64,000 nt of DNA from Geosiphon pyriformis uo1 (GCA_016748015.1 JAAOMT010000703.1:186001-250000); one strand, 5' to 3'. Numbered from the stretch's first letter, positions 35,588-51,313 are shown. Numbers and translations are program-made. The notes: generated by a model from the letters alone, not told the origin.

Positions 35588-38500
35588 TGTTACTCATAGA
35601 AAAAATACAAGAAAAAAAAATAAAAAAAACAGATAGAAAAATAGACCAATAGAAGAAAAATACTTAGCAAGTGAGCACAATATTAAAAAATTATGGCATA
35701 TTGCTTAGCAATATGTACATTGCTAACAAATTATGATATATTGTTTAGCAATATAAGTAATATTAGTAAATTAAGGCACACTACTCAAGAAAATATGAGA
35801 TTTTATATAACAAGAAATATATATATATAGTAAAAATATTAGAAACAGAAAAGACAGAATTAATACTAACAATCAGTTAGAACTTATTAATTACTCAATA
35901 CTTCTTTCTTCAAAAAATAGTTTTCTACAACTTAAAGTAAAACAAATTACATATCAATAAAATATCAATTATTATCTAAATCTATGTTATCATTATTTAA
36001 TTAAAAAATATTAATTATTTTCATTTTATTAATACTTCATATTGATAGAATTCAATACTTAATTATATTAAACCAATAATTTTTGATCATGGCTATTGAC
36101 AAAATACTAATTTTTTTTTATTTTTTTTATTTTTTTTGTTTTATTTTTTTGTTGTTTGTTAATTAATTAAAAAAATTAAGCACTAAGTATTTGACATCAA
36201 AGATAGTCTGATAAAAGATCTTAAAATAAGAGTAAAAATTTAAAAATAGCTTACCAAAAAAGCATGACTGTCAAATTAAACCAGCCATTATGCTGAAAAA
36301 AAATCATGAAAAAAACCATTAATTAAATCTTTGTTCTTTATACAAAAGACTTAACCAAAACTTTTAGACTCCAAAATCTTTAGAAATTACTAATATTAAC
36401 AACTATTAAATACTAATTTACAGGTTTGTTATTTGTTTTAATATTCCAAATAATCATCTGTAATATTTGGTGCTTTCTGTAAGATATAATCTAACAAAAA
36501 ACCAGCACCAATATCAATTATCCAGAAAAGTGGCAAACCAAGAAATTATAAGAGAAAATCACTTAAAATTTGCAAAATTTTTATTTCAATATTACCAAAT
36601 CTATTTTGGATTGACAAGTAATTATTGGCCAATAGAATTAACTTTTAATTACTATGTTAACAAAAAAATTAAATTCTATTTAAAAAACCAAGAAGATTCA
36701 AAAACTGCTTTTAATAATTTTTACAGTAAATTATTCCATTACACTTCTACCAAATTATTTGTTTGCACTATTAATTACGTAAATAAACAAAAAAATTAAA
36801 AAATACACCAAAAAAAAATTTCCTATTACTTTTGCAAATAAGAAACAAATACTAGCAGAAACATGAAAAAAAATACAACTGTCTACTTGAAAGAAGCCAA
36901 GAGTTATTTTATCTATTTATTTATCATATTATTATATACTAAGAAATATCATATACATATTATCAGAATTCACATTTCTATTAACTATAAAAACACTATT
37001 ATCTTGAGTTCTATTTCAAAATAATCAAAAAAAAGCCAAATTATTAAGAATTTACAGCAATTACTTTGAAAGATTTAGATTACAACCAATAATACTATCA
37101 AGACTTCAATCATTACCACCTCAACCAAATTTCGAATTTACCAATCATTGGAAAGATACTAATTCAGAAGAAGAAGACAATGATTAGAAAAATAATAACC
37201 AAAATTTGATCTTAAATAACTTAGAAATACAAACTCCAACTGTTTTAATTCTACTAAACCCAAACAATTTAAACCCTACTCTTATTATTCAGCAAGACTT
37301 ATATCTAGTAATTGTGATCAATCCACTAGTTGCACTAATTGTCTCATTACAACAATAATCTCAACCACAATTACAACAACAACTACTAGCACCAATGACA
37401 TATATACTTATTACTAAATTCAAAAAATTTATTGGCAAAAAAAACAATGTTTAAGCATGATTGAATAACATTACCAAAATAATTACAGCCAATAATTAGG
37501 ATAACACTAGAGCTTTTTAAGCCATTTTCTACTTTTTATGAGATATTATCAACTCATAATATCAGATTTAGTTAATAAGTCACATGTTTAAAACTGTATT
37601 TCTACAATATTTTAGCAATTATAACAGCATTAATTGCCTGTTAACTAGCTTTATTATTATTAAACAAGACAATACAAAAGCAGTCACTACTTACTTGAGA
37701 TGCTTTCACAAAAATTTGCACCAAATTCAAGCAATTCAAGCTGACTATTTTACTAAAACACAAATCTTAAATCAGTTTATTTATGAATTACATAATAACT
37801 TGTTACAATAAATATGCCCAATGCACTCAAACATTCTCTAAAATACAATTATACATGCCAAAAATTTTGAATTGGCCAAATTTAAAGCCAACTATGCCCA
37901 AGCTGTCAACTTAGTAATGAACAAATTATCTGAATTGAATACTAAATTGAAGCAATTTGGCAAAGTTATTAATCAAAAAATTGAGAGATACTTAGCTAAT
38001 AATCAGACAATCTATTAACTTTTACAATACTATAACAATTCAAGAAACTCTAATTGTTTTCAGAATCAATTATATCTATTATTTTTATCAGCCAATTAAT
38101 CATAGCAGCAAAAAATGTATATTTGTTACTATTGTAATAAACAAAAACACTTAAAATTAGACTTTTATACAAGATCAAATAACCAATAATCAAGAAATCA
38201 ATATTAAAATCCTAATTACCAGTTTTAAACTCCAAATTATACCTAGAATTAAGAACAATACCAATCTTATTACATCTTAATAATGCAACAACTAATATAT
38301 TCACCTCTAATATATTAAACTTCAATATTAGTTATCTATTAGCCACAGTTACAAATTATTTATTAACTGTTATTAATTCAAACACTACCACAAAATTTAG
38401 TTGAAATATCAATTAATAACCAAAAACTGAGAATTATTCATATGCAACAGAATTGAAGATTAGTAATAATAATGTACCAACCAATCTCTAGTTTATTAAA

Positions 38501-41104
38501 ACAACTATTAGAATTATGCCAACAAAGTTCAAGAAGTGGATATACTTAAAACCTGAATTTCCAGAACTATTTAAGTCTTCTAATTATTCTAGAAAACAGC
38601 ACATCTAATAATTTGGAAACCAATTAATAAACACTCACCAACAACATTTTACCAACAACTATTACCAAAGACAAATCACTTGTCACTATTTTTTTTTAAA
38701 TTAAAAACCCAATTAAAAACACTATTATTCAGTAGAATCATTTTCAATGCCAAATTTATCACAGTTATATACACAGACATTAAAGTTAATAACCACCCTA
38801 TTAAATTAATTCTTGATAGTAATTTAGCAAGCAGCATCATTATATAACAATTCATGAACCAATTAGATTATTGAGTTGATTGTGCTGTTAGTACTAGAAT
38901 TATTATAATTAATAGAATAACAAAAACTTTTATTAGCAAAATTAATAACTTTTTATTTAAAATTAATGACATTATAACACTTATCAAAGTTCTTATAATA
39001 GAAGCCATGCAGTATTAAGCTCTTGTTAGTAATAATTAATTATCTAAAACCAATGCTGTACTTGATTGAACTATGCAAAAGCTATAGCTCAGTTAAGATA
39101 GTCAACAAACTTAAATATCAGCTATCTGCAAACACTTTAAAGTTCTTTCAAAAAAGAAACTATTGATTAAGTTAAAAGAAAAAAAAACCTATTTGAGAAG
39201 CTTATTAAGTCTTGTAGGCTAAGAATAAGCACAACAAATTATTATTAATATTTTCTTAGAATGATAAAAAAAAGAAAAAAAAAATGAACTAAAAGTCATC
39301 ACAGTCACCAAAAAAATAATAAATGGCTAGAACTAATCATATTTTATAGACACAAGAAAGGAACTGCTATATATTCTACTTAGTTATATCAACTGTAACA
39401 AAAAGCTTTCCTCCATAAAAGCTTGAATTTTATTAGATAAAAACTACTAAACATGTACTTACTACTACTGCAAACTGTATCATAGAGAATACTTTAGTTA
39501 TTCTAAATAACAAAGAAAGTAGAACAACAAATCATGTCTCACTTGTAAAAAAACATTATTTAACAAAAAAATATGGAATAACATTTTTGGCTAAAGAAAA
39601 ACATATAATGTATTATGTCAATACATAATTTTTATTAACAATTGGATAAGTTGAAAAACATTTTTTAATGCTATATAGAACTAAGCACTTTTATATTTGA
39701 ATAATTACTTACATAACAAAGACAAAATTTGGCAAATAATGAATGCTAAAGTTAAAGATATTTCATTCAATGAAATATTGGTAATTAAGAATAATCTGTC
39801 AAAATCAGTCAAAATCATTTTCATCTTTAATCCAGATGTATTTATTAACATTCTAAATAATCCAGAACAATTTCACAAACACTACCAAGACTTAACACTT
39901 ACTAAAAAAAAGCAAAAGCAGTATTTAAAACAATTAAATGCTAAATTCTGTAAATATTGTTTAATTCCAAGTGACTTTAAATATTGTGATAATTGTGATT
40001 TTATTTACAATCTACCACTATACATAATCTATTTGATTTCTAAAGAAGAAAAACCAATTAGTGAGTGCATATTAGAATTGGAATTGAAAATCAATCATAA
40101 TTCAGATTCTAACAATAATAACAACAATGATTCTAATTCCATTCATTATGACAATAACAACAATAATTCAAACTCCAATTACAATTCTGAACAATATATT
40201 ACACTTCCAAATCTGTCAATAAAGCAGAAACTAAAATGATTTAGCAATAATAATAAAAATATTATGTCAGAACATGTACATAATACTAATACAAGGTTTA
40301 ATTTCAAATATTCAGAAAAAACTGCCATTAAATTGAAACTTTATTTACATATCAGTATAGATCTAAAAATAGCACTGGAAATTTTAGCAACAACAATGGT
40401 TCAATTAATCTTTAAATCTAATTTAATGAAAAAAATAATTAATACAGAATATGTAAGAAATATTATTGCAATACTATTGTTATGAGTTGGAGTAACAAGC
40501 TAATGGATAACAAAGGAGAACAGGATTGTAAGGTAATGGAAATAATCAAAGAGCTTTCAACTTCAATGAGCGAATTGAATAAGTATGGATTCAATATGCG
40601 AGATCAGTCTCATAAAATATCTCAGTTGCTATACTTTTTAAAGATAACCAGAGGATCTGAAAGTAGAGGGATAGTCCATACTATCAACAAATGATTACAC
40701 TTGGTATAATTCTATGCCTCATGTCAGTGCTCTTAGAATTCAATATCAAGTATCAGATGTGCTTTTCAGTCATGTTTTATTCAATAATCTTCAAATACTA
40801 CACTTATACATTTTAGAAAAAGGGTAAGGAATAACCAACAAGTAATCTTTTATCTTTAAAATGTTCAAATACTTGAAAGTAGAAGAAAGGAAATTAGCAA
40901 TAAGAAAAGGATTGAGATAAAGTTGTTATTTTATTTCTTTTGATTCTTACATACTTTTCTACAGCTAAAAGATTCATTGCTTATATAACTGTCAAAAGTA
41001 GTCAATGATCAGGTTAATGACTAGGTCAATGATCAGATCAATAATCACTTTCTAAAAATAGAATGGCTAATTTATGTAACATTAATGGCTAATACATGTG
41101 ATAA

Positions 41105-41572
41105 TTAATAAAAAGTATAAGTTTCAATTGTAACATCATCCTCTTCAAAAAGATTGAGCTTCAGCAAAATCTGGCTATTTATAATGTAATCTATTGGAAG
41201 AGTTTTATCTAACTCAAAGCTAACTAGTTTGTTGAAATCTTTTGTGGATAAGATATATAACACTTGAAGCAAAATGAGTTTTGTATCCAAGAGACTAAAT
41301 CTTTGTATTAGAGTTTTGGCTCTTTTAGTAATAGTTAAAACTCTTAGGACATCTAACCATATAATGCCCAAAATTTCTGTCTGTATCTTTGAAGTTGTTT
41401 TCTTTATGAGTTTTATATCCTCTATAATTTCATCAAGATGATCATAGAGTTCTAATTGTCTTTCATATGACAAGTTTTTGTCTATGGATAAAATTTCTTG
41501 AAGTGTTTTTCCAATTGTGTTAGAAAGTGAGAGTATAGCTGCCATTATACTTTCCAACAGATATTTATCCAT
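41105..41572 (-). CDS. C: 3' additional ORF (ORF3 equivalent), runs into the 3' LTR
   Basis: Open 155-aa frame between integrase and the PPT; helical-looking; only weak resemblance to A-family ORF3. Confidence 0.55.
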   Translation of the reverse strand: MDKYLLESIMAAILSLSNTIGKTLQEILSIDKNLSYERQLELYDHLDEIIEDIKLIKKTTSKIQTEILGIIWLDVLRVLTITKRAKTLIQRFSLLDTKLILLQVLYILSTKDFNKLVSFELDKTLPIDYIINSQILLKLNLFEEDDVTIETYTFY

Positions 41573-41809
41573 TTTGCTACCAATTTTTTCTTTTCTGGTA
41601 GTAGTTTTTTTTGGTCTAATAACAGTATGTGTTCCACTGTTATCAGTTATAGTGGTCTGTTTTCCAATAGTTAAAGTAGCATTTGGATAGTTTTTGATCT
41701 AATACTCATGAAAAGTATAAAAGGCATTTTGAATGTTTTAATCCAGAAAATAATTGTTTATGTTAATTGAAGATACCTCTGTTTTAGGAATGGTGTATTT
41801 ATTTATACT

Positions 41810-43115
41810 TGACTTTTGCTGATCATTTGAGTCAGTATTATTACAACAGGCAGCCAATCAGGGCATTTATGATATTTCTTGAGTCGTGTATCATGAACAA
41901 AACGATTATTAAAGATTGTTCCAGATTGATCTTGAAGAATATAAGAACTATTGTTCAAAACTTTATTGACTATAAAGAGTTCTTTCTACTGGCTAGAAAA
42001 TTTATTATTATAAATATTGTCTCTGTCAGAACAGTATTTTAGTACCAAGTCACCAACACTTAAAGAAAGTGTTTTATAGGTTTCTTTTTCTTAAGCTTTT
42101 CTTGGAACTGTTTTATCTTTTCAAAAGCAATTATTCGTGCTTCTACCAAGAAGTCAAGAATAGTACCAAGTTTTCTTTGCAAAATGTCTTTGTAATTTCT
42201 TATTGTGATCTCTTCAAAAGGTATTGTTTCAATGTCAGTTTCTATTGGTAGTGTTGTCATGTGTTCATAGAGCAGATAAAAAGATTCATAATTTGTTATG
42301 TCATGATTCACAGGGTTATAAGCAAACAAAGCTGAAGGCAGTAATTTGTCCCATAAGTTTGTTTCTTTACTGGTTTTGGCTAGGGTTTCACATAGTGTTC
42401 TATTAAAACATTCCATTAGGCCATTTGTTTGGGGGTGATAAGGAGAAAAAAGTTTATGATGTATTTTCATTTTTCTACAAAGTTCTTCAACCAGTGTACT
42501 AAGAAAAGCTTTTCTTCTATCAAATAAAAGTTCTTTGGGGCAGTCATGACAGCAAATGATATTTTCATAAATAAAATTGGCTATTGAGACTGCTGTTTGG
42601 TCTGGGGTGGCTCTTGCTTCTACCTACTTTGTAAGATAGTCAGTAGCTGTGATAATATATCTGTTGTCATCAGAAGTAATTGTTAAAGATCCAACAACAT
42701 CTATACCAATTCTGTCAAATGGTTGACCAACAGAGATTGGATGGATATCTTCTTTGTGATTGGGTTTGCCTCTTTTTTGGCAGATGTTACAGGTTTTGAT
42801 GTATTTAGCAATGTTTTTTCTCAAGGTAGGCCAATAATAATGAGCTAAAGTTTTCTGAATTGTTTTTGTTTTTTCAAAGTGTCTAGTTAATGAGTCAGTG
42901 TGCATATTGTATATTACAATTTCTTTTTTTTCAAATCTGATGACTCTTTGGAGGTGGTCAGGATCTTTTCTGTTTCTTTTGTATAATTGGTTCTGGCAGA
43001 TCAAATAGAAATTTGATTGTTTGCACAAATATTTTCTTTGCTGTTGAGTGTATTCTGGTGGGTATTGTTCTTTATCCAAAAATTCTATTAAAACAAAGTA
43101 GTTGTCCAAGTTCAT
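41810..43115 (-). pseudogene. C: integrase with its own ATG
   Basis: MH..HF..YYWP..CNICQ, IGIDVVG, TDYLTK and YHPQTNGLMECFNRTL. Confidence 0.92.
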
Positions 43116-43179
43116 TATTGTGTTTGTTTATAAAAAAGTTACTAATAATTAAGTTGGTTTGGTTTGAGAGATTGTACTA

Positions 43180-44460
43180 TTACTGGATGATAAGTCAAAA
43201 GAGAGCATCAATGTTTTGATGATTTGCTCTTTTGCAGTGTTGAATATCATAGTCAAATTCATCCAAGTGGAATATCCAGTGAGTTATTTGTTTGTGTTCC
43301 AGCTTCTTTTTCTTGTGCAGCCAAACCAAGGCTTAATGATCTGTTACCACTAAGAATTTTGCACCAAGAAAATATTGATCCCAGTAGCTAGTAGTCCAAA
43401 CTACTGCTAAATATTCTTGTTCAGTAATTGAATAGTTTTTTTCTGCTGGTGTAAGGAATCTACTGGCATATGCTATGGCATGTTCTCTGCCATTTTCATC
43501 TTTCTGTAAAAAGACAACACCAAGTCCATAATCAAATGCATCAGTGTGAAGGATAAAAGATTGGTTCAGATCAGGTTGTTTGAGAATTGGTTCAGTAACA
43601 AGTTTTTCCTTCAGAAATTCAAAAGCTTTTTGTTAATAAGTGCCCCAGTGATAATTGACATTTTTCCTGAGTAATTAATTAAGAGAAAAGGCAATTTTGG
43701 AAAAATTCTTAATAAATTTGCAATAGTAAGAGGCCAAACCAAGGAAAAAGTGTAGTTCAGGAACATTCATTGGTTGTCTAATGTTCTGGACTTTTTCAAC
43801 TTTAGCTGGATCAGAGAAGATTCTATCTTTTGTAATAAGATGACCAAGAAACTGGGTGGATTGATGTCCAAAAAAAGATTTGATTGGGTTGATTTTGAGG
43901 CCAGCATTTCTGAGCAGATCAAAAACCTTTTGTAAATGTTCAAAGTGTTCATTCTAGGTTTTTAAGTAGACCATTATGTCGTCTAAGTAGACCAGAACAA
44001 AGTTTTCTTTTACTGATTTAAATACTTTGTCCATCAGACATTAAAAAGTGAGAGAAGCATTGGTAAGACCAAAATACATGACTGTAAATTCATAAGTGCC
44101 ATATTTGGTGATAAAGACAGTTTTTTTTCTGCTTTTTGGATCCATTTCTACTTGCCAGAATCAAGCAGTTAAGTCAATGATTGAGAAGAAAGCAGCACCA
44201 TTGAATTTATCTAACATTGCATCAATTTTGGGGAGTGGGTACATGTCTCTTATAGTGATGGCATTTAATTGGCAGTAATCAACACAGAAGCATAGGGTTT
44301 TATCTTTCTTGGATATCACTACAACTGGAAAAGCCCATTTACTCTTGGTTTCTTGTATGAATCCAAGATCTTTTATCTGGTTTATTTCTTTTTTAATAAA
44401 CTTATCATTATGTTGATTGGATTAATAAGACTTTAAATGAATAGGGTGAGTTTCTTTGGT
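43180..44460 (-). pseudogene. C: RT and RNase H
   Basis: CVDY, FGLTNA, YLDDI (~43975-43989), LHTDA, AYAS and VTDH; ends with TAA TAG. Confidence 0.9.
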
Positions 44461-45045
44461 GGTAATGGTGTGTTGTATCACATGAATTCGTCCAGGGGTA
44501 TCATCTTCTTTTGAGATAACTGGGCTATTTTTAGCCAACAGATTTTCAATGTCCACTTTTTTTTCTTTAGGAGAAGGTTTTTTTTATTCTATAACTAATG
44601 ATTGGATTTCAGATGATTCATTCTCAAAAAACTTTTGTACTTCTTTAAGTTCTTTTCGAGGTATCAAGCTAATTGGTTCCCAATCTTTGTAATAAATCAA
44701 GCAGAATTTGTATTCATTACTTGGTAAATACAAAGGTTTATTACACCAGCACTGTGTACAAGGACCATGCCACCAATAACTGTATTTAGCTTTCTTGCTA
44801 GGTTTTCTGTTAAAGGTTCTTTTGAGAATATCATAGTAGGGCCAGCAGATCAGCTTGCCATTTACTATGATTCCTTTTTTGTCAGCTTTAATATTATCTA
44901 GTGGTTTGCCATTACTGGTGAAGATAGTATAGGTGAGTTCAGCAGTTTCTTTTGGTTTTTCTTGATCTTTATTATCACTCTCATCATCATTTAATTCATC
45001 TAATTGTTCTTTTTCTTGGTTTTGTTTGGGTACTGAAAGAGTTGT

Positions 45046-47340
45046 TTAATGTTGACATTTAACCACAATGGATTTCTCACCACATCTGATGGTTAGCTTG
45101 CAAAGTTTATATTCAAGTAGTGTTTTGGCTTTCTTAAACCATTTATTATCAACAATGATGGTGTACTCTTTTGCTTTAGATACTTCCATATCAGTTTCAA
45201 TACTGATACCATTGATGCAAACAGGAATAGCTTTGGCTATGCCCAGGCCTTTTTTCTTGTTACCATATACATTGGTCATTGGTTTTGTGGAAGGCTCATC
45301 AATCTTTCTGCCAATTGCTTCAAGAAAATGTTTGGCAATTACACTAACAGATGATCTACTGTCTAGGATCAGATTAATGAAGTAACCAGCCACTTGGGCT
45401 TTACAAATCAGAGAGATAATATTGCTGTTATTAGTAAGTCCAGCTTGGCGAGAGCATTTGTTGGTTTTTGGTGTCTTCTTCTTTGGTATCAATAATTTGC
45501 AAAGATCTTTTCTGAACTGTGGATGGGTCATTAATTGGCCAAATGTAATGTGTACTGGGGTTTCCATGAGATTTTTAACAACAGAATAGAGTCCAGATTT
45601 TTGTACAATTTCTGGGGGTTCTAACTTTAGAGAATTTTTAAAAACCTTAGTCTTTGGTGGCTTATTGTTATTAGCAAATAATTTGGATGCTTTGTTTGGA
45701 TCCAAGACAAAATCAATCTTGGCTTTTTTTTTTTTTCTGGTTGATTTAGAGGTGTTGATTGCTAGTTCATCTATATTATGATCATCATCAGTTATGTTAA
45801 AAGCATAAAAGAGGTTTTCTTCTGGTTGGCTTGTACTTTTGAAGGTGTGCCTACCAGTTTAAAGACTGATAAACAGTAGCTTTAAATAAGAGATCCTCTC
45901 CAAAGAAATTGATGTTGGCATAATTGGGTCTTTGATTGGGAATATTATTATTGTTGGGTTTGTTATTCTGGGTGTCATTATTTTTGAGAACTGGAGAAGG
46001 CAATGGAGGATTGTTACAGTTTCTGGAAAAGTGTTCAGTTAGTTCACAGCAATAGCACACAAGTGGGCCACAATTTTGTTGTCTTTGATATGATGGTTGC
46101 TGGGGCTGATTAAAGCAGAGTTCAAATCTAGATCTTTGAGATTGCTAGTTGTCTTTAACTGCTTGGGCTAATGGTTCTAATAGCCAGACAAGATTAGCTG
46201 TAAGTCTATCTATTAACTGTTCATTTGGGTCTTGAGTTTAGGCAGTAAAAGAGGTAGCAGCCATTTGAAGAGCAAGAGTTATAACAAGAGCAGGAGCAAA
46301 AACTGAAAGTGTAGATCCTAGATACATCCTTTGATTGTTTTCTATTTTCTGAACAAGTTCAATAGCCATATCCATTGTAGAATTATCTTTCAAGATCAAG
46401 AGAGGCCAAAGAGCATATGATAGATCAGTTTTCAGTTTTTTGTAAAGAAATGTATTTTTTGCTCTTCTGTCCAATTTCTTTTAAAGTCTACCCATTTAAT
46501 GATTTTCTTATTGCTTTAGCATATTCTGTCACAACCTTACCAGGGTCTTGAGTTTTTTTTTTTAATTCTATATGCCATTTTGAGATTAAGATGGAAGTTT
46601 TAAATTTTATTTCAAACCAAGTAGTGAAAAAAATGTTGTTTTCTCTGGTATTTGCTAGTGCCCATCTAATAATTTTTTGTTGAGCATTGGCATTGGTTTT
46701 TTGTGAGAACCAAGTAGCAAGAGAGCCTTGGAGGTAGCCACCAACAATTTGGAACTTGTATTCATTATTATATTAGTTTGCTATAGCAGCTCTCTCAAAA
46801 TTATCCAGCCATTTGATTGAATCTTGGGCATCACTTCTGAATAATGATAATGAGGTGTTGTTTCTTTGCCTTAAAGCAGTCTGTATATCTTGGAGGGCAA
46901 TCAGAATGTTTTGTTGCAGAGGGTCTTAAGCTATTGGTTTAGGTGTAACTGTTTGTGTAGAGTGTTCTGATTTGCTTGAAAAGAGATCAAAAACAGAAGC
47001 GGTTTGATAACTTTCTTCTTCTGTTTCAAGAAGAGTTTCAGTTGATTGATGAACAGCAATCCAAATATGGATTTGATGATTCAAATATTCAAAATCAGAG
47101 GGCTGTTGTTCAAAGATTGTTGAGTATAAAAGTTGATTAATGCTGTTGTTTTTTTCTTCACAGTTGTCTTCAAGATAAGTTTGGTCAAAGTAATAGATTG
47201 TATAAACTGTGTAGGTTTCAGCTGAATGCTCGTTCAGAAACCAGTTTCAAAAGTCTTGGAATTGTCTGCTGGATTGTTTTTCAATGGAGAAGCAAATCAA
47301 ACAGGAGAACAAAAGATTGAGTTCAATAAAGTCTAGATCA
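45046..47340 (-). pseudogene. C: gag and protease
   Basis: CYCCELTEHFSRNC knuckle (45851..46060); LILDS(R)SSVS protease site in 45046..45705. Confidence 0.85.
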
Positions 47341-50300
47341 TTTTTGTTGTGTGCTTTAAAGTGTTCTTCTGATTGTTGTGGCAGGTATGAATAATCACCC
47401 ATACAATAGGAAACAAAGTGAATTTTGACAACTTCACAGAGAGCACCATTTTTATATTATGAGTTAGAGTAATAAACTAACAGATAGCAAGAGAGAACAG
47501 GATTGTAGAGTGATGGAAATAATCAAAGGGCTTTCAATTTTAATAAGAGAATTGAATAAGTATGGATTTAATGTGTGAGATCAGTCTCATAAAATATCTC
47601 AGTCGCTATACTTTTCAAAAATAACCAGGAGATCTGAAGATAGAGAGATAATCTGTACTGTCAACAAATGATCACATTTGGTATAATTTTATGTCTCACA
47701 TCAGTGCTCTTAGAATTCAATATCAAGTATCAAATGTGCTTTTTAGTTATGTTTTATTCAATAATCTTCAAATACTGTACTTATATGTTTTAGGAAAAGG
47801 GTAAGGAATAACCAACAAGTAATCTTTTATCTTTAAGATATTCAGATACTTAAAAGTAGAAAAAGAGAAATTAGCAATAAGAAAAAAATTGAGATAAAGT
47901 TGTTATTTTATTTATTTTATTTCTTTTAATTCTTACATACTTTTCTATAGCTAAGAGATTATTGCTTATATAGCTGTCAAAAGTAGTCAATGATCAAGTC
48001 AATGACTAGATCAATGATTAGGTCAATAATTAGGTTAATAATCACTTTCTAAAAATAAAGTGGCTAATTTATGTAACATCAGTAGCTAATACATGTAATA
48101 ATTAATAAAAAGTATAAGTTTCAACCATAACACTATAAAATAACTCAAAAAAAGGATATATAATTGAACCAAATAAAAAAATAGCATAGACAATATTTTT
48201 GTTTTTGATTAAAATAGCTTAGTTAGTATTAGCAAAAATAAAAAAAAAGTTAGAAATTACAGCAAAAGGAATAAAAAAATTCAGATCAACAAATAGAATA
48301 AATATACCAATTAATATAACAGAAAAAGAAATAATTAATAAGAAAAAAATTATCTCTATTTATTAATCAATTTTTATTCTATCATATAATCAATATATAG
48401 TAGTTATAGAAAGAAAAATAAAAAACCAACCCCAAATTTTTAAAGCAGAAACAAACTTTTGTAAATTAAAAAAGATTGGTATTACTAATTTTTACATACT
48501 AGTCAAAAACAACAAACACATTAAAATTTCAATATACAACACAATTAGAAATTCTATAAAAATACCAAGTAGAACTATCATCAAATACTTAAGCATTAAA
48601 GTTGAAAATCAAGCATTCACCATTATTTCAGACTTTCTATAGCTTTGCAAATATGTAGACATTATATCACAAATTATATATGGACAAAAAAAGTGTTATT
48701 TGTTGTAACCAAAACAATTGGAACAAATAAACTTGGAGAATTTAAATACACTTTAATAAATACAACTCAAAATACTACTCAACAACTTTACTAATATCTT
48801 TGTCAGTAAAAATAAATTTGGCAGAACTGATATTATCTAATACCAAATCAAAACTGAAAATACAATATTAATTAAACAAAGAACATACAGAATACCACCT
48901 ATTAGCCATAAGATTATTTGACAGAAAATTAATAGAATGTTAAACAATAAGTTAATTCAATTATTAATAAGTTTATAATCATTACCAATAGTATTAGTCT
49001 ATAAAAAGAATAGAAAAATCTGCTTTTGTGTAGATTATAGAAAATTCAATAGTGTTATTCATAAAAACAACTATCCAATTCCATAAATTCAGAAGTTATT
49101 AACACTTTTAGAGAAAAAAATAGTTCTTAATATTAGACTTAGATAGTGATTATTAGCAAATAGCCATAAATTTAGCCAACAAAAAAAAGACAGCATTTAC
49201 CATCAGAAAAAAAAATTTCAAATTCAATGTTATATTATTCAGTTTAACCAATACTCTAGCTATTTTTCAATGAACTTATGAAAATTGTATATACTAAATT
49301 ACTATAGAAATCAGTAGTAGTCTACTTAAACAATACCAATATGTTCTTTAAAACATTTGATAAACATCTTTTCTATTTTTAACAAGTGTTTGAAAGATTA
49401 AAAAAAGCTAGATTGAAATTGAATACAACTAAATACTTCTTTAGCAAAACTAGACTCAAGTTTTTAAAACATGTCATAAGCAAAGATGACATTAAAACAG
49501 ATTCAAACAAAATTAAAATAGTTAAAAACTTTTCAGTACCAACAAACTTAATAGAATTAAGAACATTCTTAGAATTTGCTAAATACTATTGCCACTTTAT
49601 CTAAAACTTTTTTAAACTGGCTTAACTATTTTACCATTTCTAAGCAAAGAATATGAAATATGTATAAACTGAAATCTAACAAGAAGCTTCCAACATCTTG
49701 AGAAAAAAGCTTATTTAAGTCTTAGTACTAATTTATTCAGATTACAACAAACTATTTATTATTATTATTAATACATTTAGTCAAATATTGGGAGCTATAT
49801 TGTTACAAAAAAGAACAGATAAACAAGAATATCTAGTGGTATATACCAGCTGTAGTTTAAGTCCAGCCAAAAAAAACTATAGAATTCTAGCATTAGAATA
49901 CTTAGTTATCTATTGGACTATTATTAAATAAAAAAAATATTTAAGTCAAAAATTTGATGTGTACACTAATTACAAAGAATTAACATTAATTCAGAAGCAA
50001 AAATTTGGAGATAATCACTATGTAAAATAAAAAATAGAACTATTATTATTTGATTATATCATACATTATAAAAAAGAAAAAAAAATAGTAATGTTAATAA
50101 ATCTAAAAACATTTCAACTCAAAAATATAACAAAAAATAAACACACAAAAATATTAACAACTTCAACATTATATTAATACTCAGCTGTTCAAGGAAAAAT
50201 TATCTTAAAAAAAATAAAACAACAAGCAAAATATTTTATTATTTATTAAGATATATTATAACAAAAAAACAAAAAATACCTAGATTAGCCATTCAAAGTA

Positions 50301-51313
50301 ATCACAAAACCAGAAAAAAAAACAATACTATTCAATATGCATTTAGATTTAACAGTAGAACATTTTTATAAAAAAGCAACCATAAAAAAAACCAGAAAAA
50401 ATACTATTAACTATCCATATATTTAGGCATTATTCAATATGTTCAAAATTGTAATGCTTATTAGAAAAAAGAAGAAACAAAATCCAGTAAACCACTAAAA
50501 CCAATTAAAGTGAAACAACTATTTGATCAAATTGAAATTGACTTAGTTAGACTATTAACAATAACTAGTAAAGACAATTATTATATAGTAGTAGCTATGA
50601 ACTATTTTACAAAATAGCCAAAAACAAAAGCAATTCAAAAAGCAAATGCAAAATCCATAGTCAAATTTGTTCACCAAAATTTGATTTATCAATATGGATA
50701 CCCAAAAAAATTTTTATCAAATCAAAAAACTCACTTTGTAAACAGAACATTAACAGAATTAAGTTAAAAATTTGAAATCAAAAGACTATTATTATCATTA
50801 TATCATCTACAAATAAATGGTTTAGTTAAAAGATTTAATAGAACATTGTATAAAGCAATAGCCAAAATTACCCAAAAAAACCAGAATAAATAAGATGTGT
50901 TTATATCATCAATATTATTTGCTTATAGGACAATGAAGCAAGATATTATACATTATTTAAATTAATTTATAATAGAACAGCAATATTACCAGTTGAAATA
51001 GATATCAACACAGATTCAACTGAACCAATAACAAAAGCCAACTTCCAAAAAACATTGCTGAGAAGAACATATAACTTAATAGAAACATTAGAAAACAAAA
51101 AGCAAAAAACAGTTAATAATATCTAAAAGTTACAAAAAAAAACAAAAAAAATGACATGATAACCAATTACCAAATAAATCAGTCAAATTTAGAATTGGAA
51201 ACAATAGAATAAAAAATTTGACTCCAAATAGAACAGACCATTTTACATTAAAAAAATTCTGGAAAATAAAACCTATAAATTAAGATAAAACAATAAAATC
51301 TTAGCTAAAGCAG

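Larger units (their letters stand above)
40478..48132 (-). mobile_element. Element C: third Ty3/Gypsy family with no dUTPase, inserted into the dUTPase of H
   Basis: LTRs at 40478-41135 and 47455-48132, PBS at 47432-47448, PPT GAAGAGGATGA, TSD CTAT (40474-40477 and 48133-48136). Confidence 0.93.
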
